Of a stretch of 56,493 nucleotides of DNA, positions 46,525 to 55,200 are shown piece after piece (within the stretch, counting starts at the first letter, position 1; each line of letters starts with the position of its first letter). This DNA comes from a virus: positions 1-56,493 of IMG/VR virus record IMGVR_UViG_3300038701_003149; one strand, written 5' to 3'. The notes under the pieces are model-generated. The model did not search any database. It worked only from the letters and a program-made list of their open reading frames with translations, and had not been told where the DNA came from. A program made the position numbers and the translations under genes.

Positions 46525-47434
46525 TTCCTTCAGACTTTGAACCTGTTGACTTTTTATCTCCAGTGATAGTTGTCTTATTCAACTCGTTCTTATCATCTAG
46601 CTTCTTTTTTTCTGCATCTCTTTTAGCTTTAGCAGCTTTTTGCGAAGCATCATATGCATTAAGAACTGAAATAGCATCGTCAACATTTAATGAATTAGCT
46701 AAATTCTGAACACTATCTGGTTGAGCATTTAACCAATTCTGAAACTTCTTAGATCCAGAAACTTCTTTTGCTTCAGGTCTTTTAACTAGCAAGTCTGTCC
46801 AAAAACGACCTTCAACTAAATCTTGAGTATCTTTTTTAAGGTCATCTTTAGTTGTTTTAAGCTCTTGCTTGGGAGCTTTCTTTTCTTTTTTAGCAGATTG
46901 CTTTTCAATAAAATCTTTTAGCTTACCCTGGGCATTATCATTAACCTTTTCTAATACTGCCTTCAATGAAGGAAAATCTTGATAAATTTCTTCAAGATCT
47001 TTTTTAAGGTCATCTGAAAGACCATCAGTAAGATCATCGAGAGAAACAAGCTCAAACTTTTCTGGCTCTTCTTCCTCGATCTCCTCTTCTTCCTCGTCCT
47101 TTTCTTCAGGCTTTTCTAGCTTAGCCTTAAGTTCTTCAACTTCCCTTTCAAGTGCTTTTTCTCTTTCCGAAGGTTCCGATGGATCAACTTCTTCTTCTTG
47201 CTGTTCTTCTTCTTCTCCTTCATCTTCAGAGTCATCCTCATTGTCGTCATCTGAATTTCCAGAATCTTCGTTGCTCTCATCATCGGAGTCATCTTCTCCA
47301 GAATCATTTTGAGATTCACCTTTTTCAGAATCATCTTTTTCTTCTGGCTCATCCTGAATTATTTCATCAGACTCAAAAGCTCCAATAAAATCATCAGATA
47401 TTTCTTCCTCTACTTCAGCAACGACAGCACTCAT
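46484..47434 (-). CDS. Scaffolding protein candidate (316 aa, highly acidic, coiled coil)
   Basis: D/E-rich N-terminal half and helical C-terminal half. Lies between the portal and capsid genes. Confidence 0.6.
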   Translation of the reverse strand: MSAVVAEVEEEISDDFIGAFESDEIIQDEPEEKDDSEKGESQNDSGEDDSDDESNEDSGNSDDDNEDDSEDEGEEEEQQEEEVDPSEPSEREKALEREVEELKAKLEKPEEKDEEEEEIEEEEPEKFELVSLDDLTDGLSDDLKKDLEEIYQDFPSLKAVLEKVNDNAQGKLKDFIEKQSAKKEKKAPKQELKTTKDDLKKDTQDLVEGRFWTDLLVKRPEAKEVSGSKKFQNWLNAQPDSVQNLANSLNVDDAISVLNAYDASQKAAKAKRDAEKKKLDDKNELNKTTITGDKKSTGSKSEGSGDEFEDAFYEED

Positions 47435-47691
47435 TATTCAGCTTCTCCGTGTTTATTTATTTCGACTGCTTTATCTACGAAATCTAAAATATCACTACAA
47501 GTTTTAGCTACATTCAGTAGTCTAAGAGCTTTAAGGTTTTGACCTTTACCTGCTTCTCTGACTGCTGATTTCATAGCTTCATCCTTCTTATCTCTGATAA
47601 CATCTAAAAGAATTTTCCCACCTGGTTCAAACCCTAGGTTGGAAACCTGTCTAACTGCTTCAGAACTATTTAGATATTCATTTGACTTCAT
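47434..47691 (-). CDS. Hypothetical head-module protein (85 aa)
   Basis: 1-nt overlap with the scaffold gene start. Confidence 0.5.
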   Translation of the reverse strand: MKSNEYLNSSEAVRQVSNLGFEPGGKILLDVIRDKKDEAMKSAVREAGKGQNLKALRLLNVAKTCSDILDFVDKAVEINKHGEAE

Positions 47692-47779
47692 AATTTAATT
47701 ATACATCAAAGTATTGATATTAATAATAATATATACGGATTTTATCGATTTTGTCAATAATATAAAAATTAAATATTTC

Positions 47780-47807
47780 TTGAATCGATAATAACCGAAA
47801 CTATAGT
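47780..47807 (+). promoter_or_regulatory. Candidate promoter TTGAAT-N16-TATAGT for the opposite-strand lipoprotein gene
   Basis: -35 at 47780-47785 and -10 at 47802-47807, in a 196-bp AT-rich gap. Confidence 0.45.
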
Positions 47808-47887
47808 TTTGGTTTGTGGAATGATGTTATTGAGATTATGATGATCCAGCAATTTCAATAGAATTAAAAAATATCAAAAGGGTAATT

Positions 47888-48187
47888 ATGATAAGAATAC
47901 TTTCAATCCTAGTAATTATCATTGCACTTTATGGATGTAGCGAAAGTGCCAAAGAAACACCGAGGGAGTATGATAAATATTCTGCAAAAACTACTTGTAG
48001 AAATCATATATTTAGTAATTTCCCAGAAGTAAAAATGGACAACAGAAAAGGAAATATATGGGCAAAAGATAAAGGGGACCATTTTTATGTAGAGGTGGCT
48101 TTTTGGACAAATGGAGTCTATAAAATTGGAAAATTCGAAATTGATAAAAAAGACACAAGTAAATTCCGATCACAAGAGTACCAATAA
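47888..48187 (+). CDS. Lipoprotein moron (99 aa) on the opposite strand inside the late operon
   Basis: MIRILSILVIIIALYGC lipobox. The only + strand gene between 18.8 and 54.7 kb. Confidence 0.7.
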   Translation: MIRILSILVIIIALYGCSESAKETPREYDKYSAKTTCRNHIFSNFPEVKMDNRKGNIWAKDKGDHFYVEVAFWTNGVYKIGKFEIDKKDTSKFRSQEYQ

Positions 48188-48223
48188 TTAAAGGAGCCAC
48201 CTAAATGACTCCCAAAATATAAT

Positions 48224-50176
48224 CTAAGCTACTTGATTAGCTCTGTTAGCCTCTTCAAGCATTTTTACCTTCAACTCTTCTGCCTTCATTTTGGTTTCAG
48301 CGATAAGAGTTTCAGCTCTAGCTTTCTCCAAAGCAATTTCAGATTCTAATTTCTGAACTTCCAACTCTGCCTGCCTCTGTTGAAGTTGAAGAATTTGAGC
48401 CTCCTGCTCTTTTCTAGCTTCATCTTCTTCTTCATTCATAAACCAACGATCAGTATCAATGTCTAGAAGTTCAGTGAACTCTTTATAAATCTCTTCAATC
48501 TTAACTTTATTATTGAGTCTTTCGTCACTCTGAATCATCTCAATAGCTTGACGAATTCCAGCAAGTTTAGTTACACGATTTTGGAAGCTGGTAAATCCAT
48601 TGGCAACAACCTTGTAATTACCTTTGCCTTCAGACTTTTCATCCATCATATTAAAGTCAAGGAAGTATGAAATTACTGGCTCAATAATTCCTTCGTCAAA
48701 ATAACCGATAATCTTAGAAAGGTATTTACCAGACTTCTCTAATCTTTGAGATAATTCAAAAGCTGTCTCTCTTCCTGAACCACCAGCTCCTTGTTGAACC
48801 CTTGGAACTGAGCTCTCATCATCTGCAAACTGTTGAGCCATATTGATCATACTAATCAATGACTCACCAACATCAGTAAATTGTACTTGCTGAATTGCTT
48901 GACGTGCATCATCACATTCTTCTGATAAATCTATTGTTGTACCTGGTTCAATTTCTTGTTTTTGATCTAGAAGGTATCTTCTTTTTAATGCAAGAATTAG
49001 ATTACCTGTAAGCTTTTTATTATCCTCAAAAGCTCTTACAGAACCATTAATCAACTCCTGAATTTCAATAATATTGTCTGAAACACCACAACCAGCGACT
49101 CCATCAATCGGCTTATCCCAAACAGAATGATAAAAAGGTCTTTCTCCTGCATCAGTTTTGACGTAACGAATAATGGTGTGATTGGCCATCATTATCATCA
49201 CTTCTACTTCTTTACCATCCTCTTCATCAACTTCATGAATATCATTCATTACTACTGAAAAATCACCATTCTTCTTTTTATCTTCAGCATCAATTTCCAT
49301 CTCAAACTTTTTCGCAAGTTTAGCAGGGACTCTACCCCAGTATTCAATAAGAGTTATTTTCTTCCTACGATTCTTAATTTCTCTTTTGGCTGGAGATAGA
49401 GAACCTGTATCTTCTTCATCTGCATCGCCACTTAAAGATGAAATAACATCGAGTATTCTGCGTTTAAGCATGAATTTTTGATTAGACATTTTTCTTAAAT
49501 CAAAAGCTGACATCATTTGGCGATGAATAACAGCACGACCAGTCTGAAGATCGTCAGATTCTAGATCTCTAAACACATCCCAAATGGAAAGAGCTTCATA
49601 TTTTGGATAGTCATATGATTCTGATACTTTGGACCACTTTTGAATGCCATCTTCATCAGCGATATAACCATATCCAGATTTTTTCACTGACTTAACAGAA
49701 GTTTTACCGTAAGTCTCACCATATATAGCAGCTGATAAAACATTTTCAGAGAACTGCTCTTTAGCCTTACATTCTTTTAACTGCTCGTTAATATTGGCAG
49801 TCATTATCTCTTTGTTTTGATCTTCAGCATCTTTCACTTCTGTAGATTCAGATTCAATCTTCTGCTGATCTAAATCAGATTGATCTAGGAAATAAGGAAT
49901 CTTACCTCCCTGTAAAACAGTATCAACAATTATAGAGTGAGCTGCTTCACACTTTTGTTTAGTAATCCCGATAAATCTTTTAGATCTCCATGAATCTTTT
50001 TCTGATTTACCACCCTCATTCTTTTTCCATCTTGTCTGAAGTTCTTTATTGAAGGCATCAATATTACCTTGCCATTTTACTTCCAGATCTTTTCTATCAG
50101 TTTGAAATTCTTTAAATGTTTTAGAAACATATTCCTCCAAACCAGACTTGTTTTCATTCGTACTCATTACTCTCAT
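48224..50176 (-). CDS. Portal protein (650 aa)
   Basis: Size and position downstream of TerL. C-terminal coiled coil QILQLQQRQAELEVQKLESE. Confidence 0.75.
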   Translation of the reverse strand: MRVMSTNENKSGLEEYVSKTFKEFQTDRKDLEVKWQGNIDAFNKELQTRWKKNEGGKSEKDSWRSKRFIGITKQKCEAAHSIIVDTVLQGGKIPYFLDQSDLDQQKIESESTEVKDAEDQNKEIMTANINEQLKECKAKEQFSENVLSAAIYGETYGKTSVKSVKKSGYGYIADEDGIQKWSKVSESYDYPKYEALSIWDVFRDLESDDLQTGRAVIHRQMMSAFDLRKMSNQKFMLKRRILDVISSLSGDADEEDTGSLSPAKREIKNRRKKITLIEYWGRVPAKLAKKFEMEIDAEDKKKNGDFSVVMNDIHEVDEEDGKEVEVMIMMANHTIIRYVKTDAGERPFYHSVWDKPIDGVAGCGVSDNIIEIQELINGSVRAFEDNKKLTGNLILALKRRYLLDQKQEIEPGTTIDLSEECDDARQAIQQVQFTDVGESLISMINMAQQFADDESSVPRVQQGAGGSGRETAFELSQRLEKSGKYLSKIIGYFDEGIIEPVISYFLDFNMMDEKSEGKGNYKVVANGFTSFQNRVTKLAGIRQAIEMIQSDERLNNKVKIEEIYKEFTELLDIDTDRWFMNEEEDEARKEQEAQILQLQQRQAELEVQKLESEIALEKARAETLIAETKMKAEELKVKMLEEANRANQVA

Positions 50177-50179
50177 CCT

Positions 50180-50794
50180 CTAGTTAATATCATAATCGAT
50201 TCTGTATTTCTCCATGCCATTTAAGGCACAGCAAAGAGCGTGAAGAGCTGGTAAAACTTTTTCATTACCAGCTGTGTAAAGTTTCATTTGTCTATGGACT
50301 TCCCCATCCTCTGCATACAGCAACTCATTGAGTAGATCCTTTTCAAAAACTGTATGCATTGCTTGATCGTCATCTTTCCAGTGAGACTCAATCATTGCCG
50401 GGTTAGGTTGAGCCATTGGAGATCTATAAATTTTAACTCTGTATTTTTTAGCAGTTACAAAGTTTTGATGATAGAAGAAGGTGTCAGCGAAATAGATTTT
50501 CCAAACATCAGGAAACCAGCTTGCTATTCCCTCATATTCTAAATGTCCATCGCTGATAACGTGATCAATAACTTTAAATTCTTTCTCTTCAAAAACGTAA
50601 ATCTTTTTTGTCTTTACATTCATTCCACACATGACAGCATAACCTTGAAGACCTTCTGTTTCGGTCATCATTGGAAATGAAATACCACCACGCATTAAGT
50701 ACCTTCCTGAAGGAGCGATCGCATTGTCAGAAAATATTAAATGAGATAAACGATTATCGATATCCCACTTCACAGCTTTTGGTCTAACTTCCAT
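50180..50794 (-). CDS. Hypothetical protein between TerL and portal (204 aa)
   Basis: ATG 50794 (the track start is GTG 50818). Overlaps the TerL end. Confidence 0.55.
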   Translation of the reverse strand: MEVRPKAVKWDIDNRLSHLIFSDNAIAPSGRYLMRGGISFPMMTETEGLQGYAVMCGMNVKTKKIYVFEEKEFKVIDHVISDGHLEYEGIASWFPDVWKIYFADTFFYHQNFVTAKKYRVKIYRSPMAQPNPAMIESHWKDDDQAMHTVFEKDLLNELLYAEDGEVHRQMKLYTAGNEKVLPALHALCCALNGMEKYRIDYDIN

Positions 50795-52268
50795 TCTTCT
50801 TCCATCCTTTTTGAGCACCTTTTCCTAAAGTCCCACCAATATTCTGAGACTCGTCATATCGTTTTTTAGCTAGTTCATATCCTCCTGAGCAACCATCAAC
50901 CCGGTCATCATGTAAAGATGCGGGGAATTGCTCTAACTGTTCATAGGTATCATCATTCCATTTACCTCGAACAAAGAAGATCATTCCGGAATCAAATAGA
51001 GGCTCAAGAACTGAAGCTCTAACTATCTTGTCTTTTGAAACTGTGCATTTATGAACTATTGCTTTTCCCGTAAGGATATGCTTCATAGTTGTATAGGTGT
51101 CTTTATACCCGGCTACTGACTCAACACCTTGCCAAATCTTAGGACCATCAGATTCAGTAACTCTCTTAATCATTGCATTTCTTTTAGGTGCTTCCTCCTG
51201 GCAACTAGCCTCATCCCATACAAAAAATTGTGGAACTCCTTTATATTCCCGGTAAGCGCATTTAGTACCAACGGTCCAATCCGGATCATCTTTTTCACGT
51301 TCTTTTTCAGTACTAGCTAAATCCCAAAAGCGAACCCATAATAAATCTTGTGGTAGTTGACCTTGATTAATATATCTAAGTCCCTCCATGTGGAACATGT
51401 TCCCACCGCGAAGAGTTGGTTCACCTTGTAGCAATGAAGCGGATCCATATTTACCTTGAATAGCAAATTGTTTCTTATACCAACTCTCATCAAACCTTTC
51501 AGGGAATAAGTATGTTCCATCATCCTGACGAGCTTTATAATGAAGATTCTCAAATACAGGAAACTCCTCATCATACTTCTTATCATTTGGATTATTCTTC
51601 TTTAGAATGTTTCCTGAAATATCATCTACATGCCAACGAGTATTTAAAACTAAGACTATGTGAACTGGTGCTAATCGTGATACAAAATCCTGAGTGAATG
51701 AATCCCAGCGTTTCTTTCTTGTTGTTTCTGATTCCGCTTCTGCTCTGTTTTTAAAGAAGTCATCCACAATCAAAAGATTAGCACCTTTACCTGTGGCTCC
51801 ACCGTCAGCTCCTACAGCATAGTATTTACCAACGTGATCTTGAACGTGTCTTTCTGAACTACTATTTGTTTTCTTATCTAAGCGAGTATCAAAAACATTT
51901 TCATACTTCTCTGAGTCCATTATCTTCTTAACATCTTTGGAAAAACCTTCAGATAGTCCGGCGCCATAACTTGCCTGGATAACTTCGTCATCTGGAAACA
52001 TACCGAGAAAATAAGGAGGTAAATACCTTGAACTCATATCAGACTTACCATGTCTGAATGGAACAACAATATGTAAGTAAGAACTTATGCCCTTCTTATA
52101 TTTCTCGATAGCTTCATCAATCCGAGCACAAATCTCACGAGTATGCTTACCAACAATCAAACGTGTGTTTGGTTTAAGCCAGCAATACTCCATGAATTTC
52201 TGTAGACGATCACCAGCGAGTGAAGCCTGGCAGAGTTCATTGAGATCTATGTTCGGATTTCCAGTCAT
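50784..52268 (-). CDS. terL: Terminase large subunit
   Basis: ATPase motifs PFRHGKSDM and LLIVDDF. C-terminal nuclease acidic residues (RFWDLAST..., LHDDRVDG). Confidence 0.88.
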   Translation of the reverse strand: MTGNPNIDLNELCQASLAGDRLQKFMEYCWLKPNTRLIVGKHTREICARIDEAIEKYKKGISSYLHIVVPFRHGKSDMSSRYLPPYFLGMFPDDEVIQASYGAGLSEGFSKDVKKIMDSEKYENVFDTRLDKKTNSSSERHVQDHVGKYYAVGADGGATGKGANLLIVDDFFKNRAEAESETTRKKRWDSFTQDFVSRLAPVHIVLVLNTRWHVDDISGNILKKNNPNDKKYDEEFPVFENLHYKARQDDGTYLFPERFDESWYKKQFAIQGKYGSASLLQGEPTLRGGNMFHMEGLRYINQGQLPQDLLWVRFWDLASTEKEREKDDPDWTVGTKCAYREYKGVPQFFVWDEASCQEEAPKRNAMIKRVTESDGPKIWQGVESVAGYKDTYTTMKHILTGKAIVHKCTVSKDKIVRASVLEPLFDSGMIFFVRGKWNDDTYEQLEQFPASLHDDRVDGCSGGYELAKKRYDESQNIGGTLGKGAQKGWKKNGS

Positions 52269-52729
52269 GCGAGTTTTACATCCTGGTCAAAGAAATCACC
52301 TTCAAATGAAGTGCAGTGTTCAGCCCTGAATGATTCAATCTTATCACAAAGATCGTAGTACTCATCAGAACAACTGTCTACATTCTCAAGGTCTTCTAAT
52401 AATTGGTCGTACTCTTCAACTTTATCTTTTGGTACGAATTGAAAACCATCATCTTCTCTGAATTTTCCGATCGATGAATCGTTTAAGTCTGAAGAAAGTT
52501 TATATCCTTCCAACATCCAAATCTTATCGATTATTTTCTTCATGCATATTTCAGCACCGATATCTTCAGAATAATTTTCAGGATCCACACAAGTTGAAGT
52601 CTCAATGATTGTGAAACCATTCTTTAATTTAACAGCTACAAGACAGTGATTTTTACCGACAAGCTCAATTGTCTTTATTTCTTTTTCAACGATTGATGAA
52701 TCAACTTGCTCTTGGGTTACAGTGTTCAC
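52265..52729 (-). CDS. N4 gp49/Sf6 gp66-family domain protein (154 aa)
   Basis: LKNGFTIIETSTCVDPENYSEDIGAEICMKKIIDKIWMLEGYKL pattern. GTG start. Confidence 0.55.
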   Translation of the reverse strand: MNTVTQEQVDSSIVEKEIKTIELVGKNHCLVAVKLKNGFTIIETSTCVDPENYSEDIGAEICMKKIIDKIWMLEGYKLSSDLNDSSIGKFREDDGFQFVPKDKVEEYDQLLEDLENVDSCSDEYYDLCDKIESFRAEHCTSFEGDFFDQDVKLA

Positions 52730-52818
52730 TTTAATTTCCTTTTAGTTTTTCCGGAACGTCTTAATTCTTTCCATCTTTTATGTTTGCTTTTTTGACCAGC
52801 TACTAACCTCCAAGGCAT
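52726..52818 (-). CDS. Possible 30-aa highly basic peptide
   Basis: MPWRLVAGQKSKHKRWKELRRSGKTKRKLK. Its stop overlaps the next GTG start (GTGA). Confidence 0.2.
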   Translation of the reverse strand: MPWRLVAGQKSKHKRWKELRRSGKTKRKLK

Positions 52819-52862
52819 TTGTAGATAAATTTTATAGTCACAAAAATCTCCTAAAAATGAAA

Positions 52863-53393
52863 TCATGAGTTCTCCTCAAAAGCTTTGGAAAAATCATCTT
52901 CCTGCTTCTTCATAGCTTGAGGATCGGCAATGAAGTAAATGTCTTGACCTTTATCATCTTTGCTCTGAATAAATTCACTGACATTAACATTTTTAAATTT
53001 GGTTATTTCAGGATATTTCTTAGCTATATCAGGATGAACAAATATTTGCTTTTGCTTAGGAATGTCATTCATTAAATTAAGATACTTAACAGCATCATTA
53101 AGAACCTTAGTCATTTCTGACTTTCCACATCTTCTAGAATGTTCAGTGACCGAAGGAGGTCTGAAAAGAAATTCATCATCTTCTATTTGTGGATAATCAA
53201 CAGCTATGAGGTCCATGATGATCACACATCTACCGTTAATGCGAATTTGATTAGGTGACTTTTCGTAGAAGTATTTAATAAGCTTCATTTTGGTATCACG
53301 ATTCATAAAGACACAATCATGAATGAGCTTACCTTTATACTTCTCTGCTTCTTTGTGAATGGCATCGCAGAATTTATCGAATATGGTTTTCAT
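52863..53393 (-). CDS. Hypothetical protein (176 aa)
   Basis: Coupled ORF in the packaging module. Confidence 0.6.
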   Translation of the reverse strand: MKTIFDKFCDAIHKEAEKYKGKLIHDCVFMNRDTKMKLIKYFYEKSPNQIRINGRCVIIMDLIAVDYPQIEDDEFLFRPPSVTEHSRRCGKSEMTKVLNDAVKYLNLMNDIPKQKQIFVHPDIAKKYPEITKFKNVNVSEFIQSKDDKGQDIYFIADPQAMKKQEDDFSKAFEENS

Positions 53394-53626
53394 GCTACCT
53401 CCACCACTGGCCAGCTACTTATTTCAATATCTGGTTCTTTTGAGTAACAATTCTTTAAGCTGAGTACATCCGGATTATCAGTTTCCTTTACTCCTTCATA
53501 AGCGAGTAAATGTTCCCGAAGATCATCATAACTACCGAACTCCCGAGAAAATTCTGAAACTCTAATCATTGAAAGTCCATCAAGTAAGTGGAGCTGGACG
53601 AGTGAAGCAGTGTTGGTTAAAAACAT
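53390..53626 (-). CDS. Hypothetical protein (78 aa)
   Basis: ATG 53626 preceded by GAGG, 1 nt after the upstream stop. Confidence 0.5.
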   Translation of the reverse strand: MFLTNTASLVQLHLLDGLSMIRVSEFSREFGSYDDLREHLLAYEGVKETDNPDVLSLKNCYSKEPDIEISSWPVVEVA

Positions 53627-53627
53627 A

Positions 53628-53894
53628 TTAAACCTCATCTTTGTAACGTAAAAAAGTGAAGTGCCAGCTTCTTTGTCCGGTGTCTCCAAAGCAAGGTGTT
53701 GAATTACATTTAAAAATTCCGACTCTTCCCGAACTCATTGGAACTTCAACTTCTTCTCCACGGCCATAATCAAGACCTTTGTAATTCAGCTGTGAAGGAA
53801 AAGCGCACCGATGTTCAAAGTCACGCGGATTTGGGCCTTTCTTTTTCTTGGATTTAAAAGGCCAGCACAGTAGTTTAAGAAGTAAGGAAGTCAT
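53628..53894 (-). CDS. Hypothetical protein (88 aa)
   Basis: ATG 53894 forms an ATGA overlap with the upstream stop. Confidence 0.5.
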   Translation of the reverse strand: MTSLLLKLLCWPFKSKKKKGPNPRDFEHRCAFPSQLNYKGLDYGRGEEVEVPMSSGRVGIFKCNSTPCFGDTGQRSWHFTFLRYKDEV

Positions 53895-54133
53895 AGCAGC
53901 TCTCCCTCTGGTACTTTCTTGTAATCGAGAAGAGAACCACCGCATTTTGGACAATCGAACCTATTCTTAGACTTCTTCCAAAACTTCTTCATTAATCGGT
54001 AGTAGCACGAAGGGCATTCCATAACAGAATCTTTCCTAGCTTCCCAAGAATCTCTGAAATTCTCCTCCATCTTCAGCCGTTCTTGCTTGGTATACCTGGT
54101 TAAAGGCTTGTTATTTGGTTTACCCATTAGCAT
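53891..54133 (-). CDS. Zinc-ribbon protein (80 aa)
   Basis: CPSC...x19...CPKC. Confidence 0.6.
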   Translation of the reverse strand: MLMGKPNNKPLTRYTKQERLKMEENFRDSWEARKDSVMECPSCYYRLMKKFWKKSKNRFDCPKCGGSLLDYKKVPEGELL

Positions 54134-54698
54134 TCTCCTTCAGCCAAAGGATCTTTTCTTCAGGAGTCATTGAGTCGAACATTGCTTTGAATTTCGCTTT
54201 CTGAGTACCGTCTGTTATCTCTGCTTCAATTTTCTGAGAGAACATACCTAAGTGCTTACCGATGAGCTCTAAAGCTTTCTGTTTATCATGTAATTCAATT
54301 TCTACAGTCTCGATCTCGTCAGCATCTTCTCCACGGCCATCAACGCGACGAGTGAATTTGATCTTCTTGATTGCCTTACGGACTCTGGCCGGGCGCTCAC
54401 CTTCAGCGATTAGAGTAATGCGATCGTCATGGATCTCGAAAAGGTCCTCTACATTACAGAAGCCAATAGCTCCTAACTCTTCTAAGACTTTTTGAATTGT
54501 TATTGCGGATTTTTCCTGAATTTTCTCTCGATGAGTGGCTAAATACGCTTCAACCTTAGGATTCTTTAGCAACTTACAGGATGAGACCTCAGCCCCTTTG
54601 CCTTTATAACCTGCTCTCTTGTATGCATTTGTAGCATTTAGGTCCTTTAGATACTCATGACAGAACTTTTTTTGTTTTGCAGTAAGTTCTCGTTTCAT
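54120..54698 (-). CDS. terS: Terminase small subunit (Terminase_2/P27-like)
   Basis: LTAKQKKFCHEYLKDLNATNAYKRAGYKGKGAEVSSCKLLKNPKV. Confidence 0.88.
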   Translation of the reverse strand: MKRELTAKQKKFCHEYLKDLNATNAYKRAGYKGKGAEVSSCKLLKNPKVEAYLATHREKIQEKSAITIQKVLEELGAIGFCNVEDLFEIHDDRITLIAEGERPARVRKAIKKIKFTRRVDGRGEDADEIETVEIELHDKQKALELIGKHLGMFSQKIEAEITDGTQKAKFKAMFDSMTPEEKILWLKENANG

Positions 54699-54734
54699 AT
54701 GTTATTCCGTGTCTACTTTTGTATAGTTTTATTA

Positions 54735-54763
54735 ATTATAGCATCTATAAACTAGATGTGCAA
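54735..54763 (-). promoter_or_regulatory. Near-consensus promoter TTGCAC-N17-TATAAT for the leftward late operon
   Basis: Minus-strand -10 at 54735-54740 and -35 at 54758-54763. ATG of terS at 54698. Confidence 0.5.
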
Positions 54764-54865
54764 CTTTACATAATATTGATAGAACCAATAAAGATTTGAA
54801 AGAATAACCTGGTTGTACTTTGATATGATCCAGACACCCAAAAGGCAGGCGCTCTTTTGTTATCA

Positions 54866-54995
54866 GGGACAAGGGACAAGGACAGCTATATATATATAAA
54901 TATATATTATTGTCTCTGTCCCAGATCCAAAAGTAAGTAAGATAGTGTACGGGACAGGTCAGTGTACGGGACAGTGGGGCTATTGAGTAAGCCCC
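54866..54995 (+). repeat. Repeat cluster: GGGACA(G) boxes, 24-bp TA tract, tandem AGTGTACGGGACAG (x2), GC hairpin
   Basis: Boxes at 54866, 54873, 54880, inverted at 54916-54922, and at 54951 and 54968. TA tract 54887-54910. 14-bp repeat at 54944-54957 and 54961-54974. ggggc/gcccc at 54976-54995. Confidence 0.7.
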
Positions 54996-55112
54996 CACAT
55001 GTCACCTACTGCCTGAGCCCTAACATCTCACTATCTTGAGCGTTTTTGTCTTTGTCTGAGTTATTGGGAAAATTGGGAAGAATATTTTTTTAAACTTTTT
55101 GTCTAGTTTGTA

Positions 55113-55140
55113 TTGTTTTATGTACATGACTTTGTATAGT
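55113..55140 (+). promoter_or_regulatory. Candidate rightward early promoter TTGTTT-N16-TATAGT, bracketed by an 11-bp inverted repeat
   Basis: IR tttttgtctag 55096-55106 / ctagacaaaaa 55164-55174. Confidence 0.35.
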
Positions 55141-55200
55141 TAGCTACGAGGCCACTGCAATGGCTAGACAAAAATAGAAATTAAAAAGGAATAACACACC

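Noticed and set aside
50180-50794. Second terminase nuclease-like domain downstream of terL
   Set aside because: A strand such as GYAVMCGMNVKTKKIYVFEE vaguely resembles the first RNase H-fold strand, but TerL already has a complete nuclease domain. The resemblance is too weak to call without a profile search.
54866-54995. CRISPR array or CRISPR-like repeats here or at the GGGCAC boxes
   Set aside because: The repeats are 6-14 bp with irregular 0-40-bp spacing and mixed orientation. This is far from the 24-48-bp repeat and spacer periodicity of CRISPR. No cas genes are present.
54732-54998. 88-aa minus-strand ORF in the terS/early intergenic region
   Set aside because: It is built almost entirely from the GGGACAG/TA-tract repeats and has an odd Cys/Tyr/Leu-rich composition. 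It has no RBS and contains the late promoter. I treat the region as regulatory DNA.
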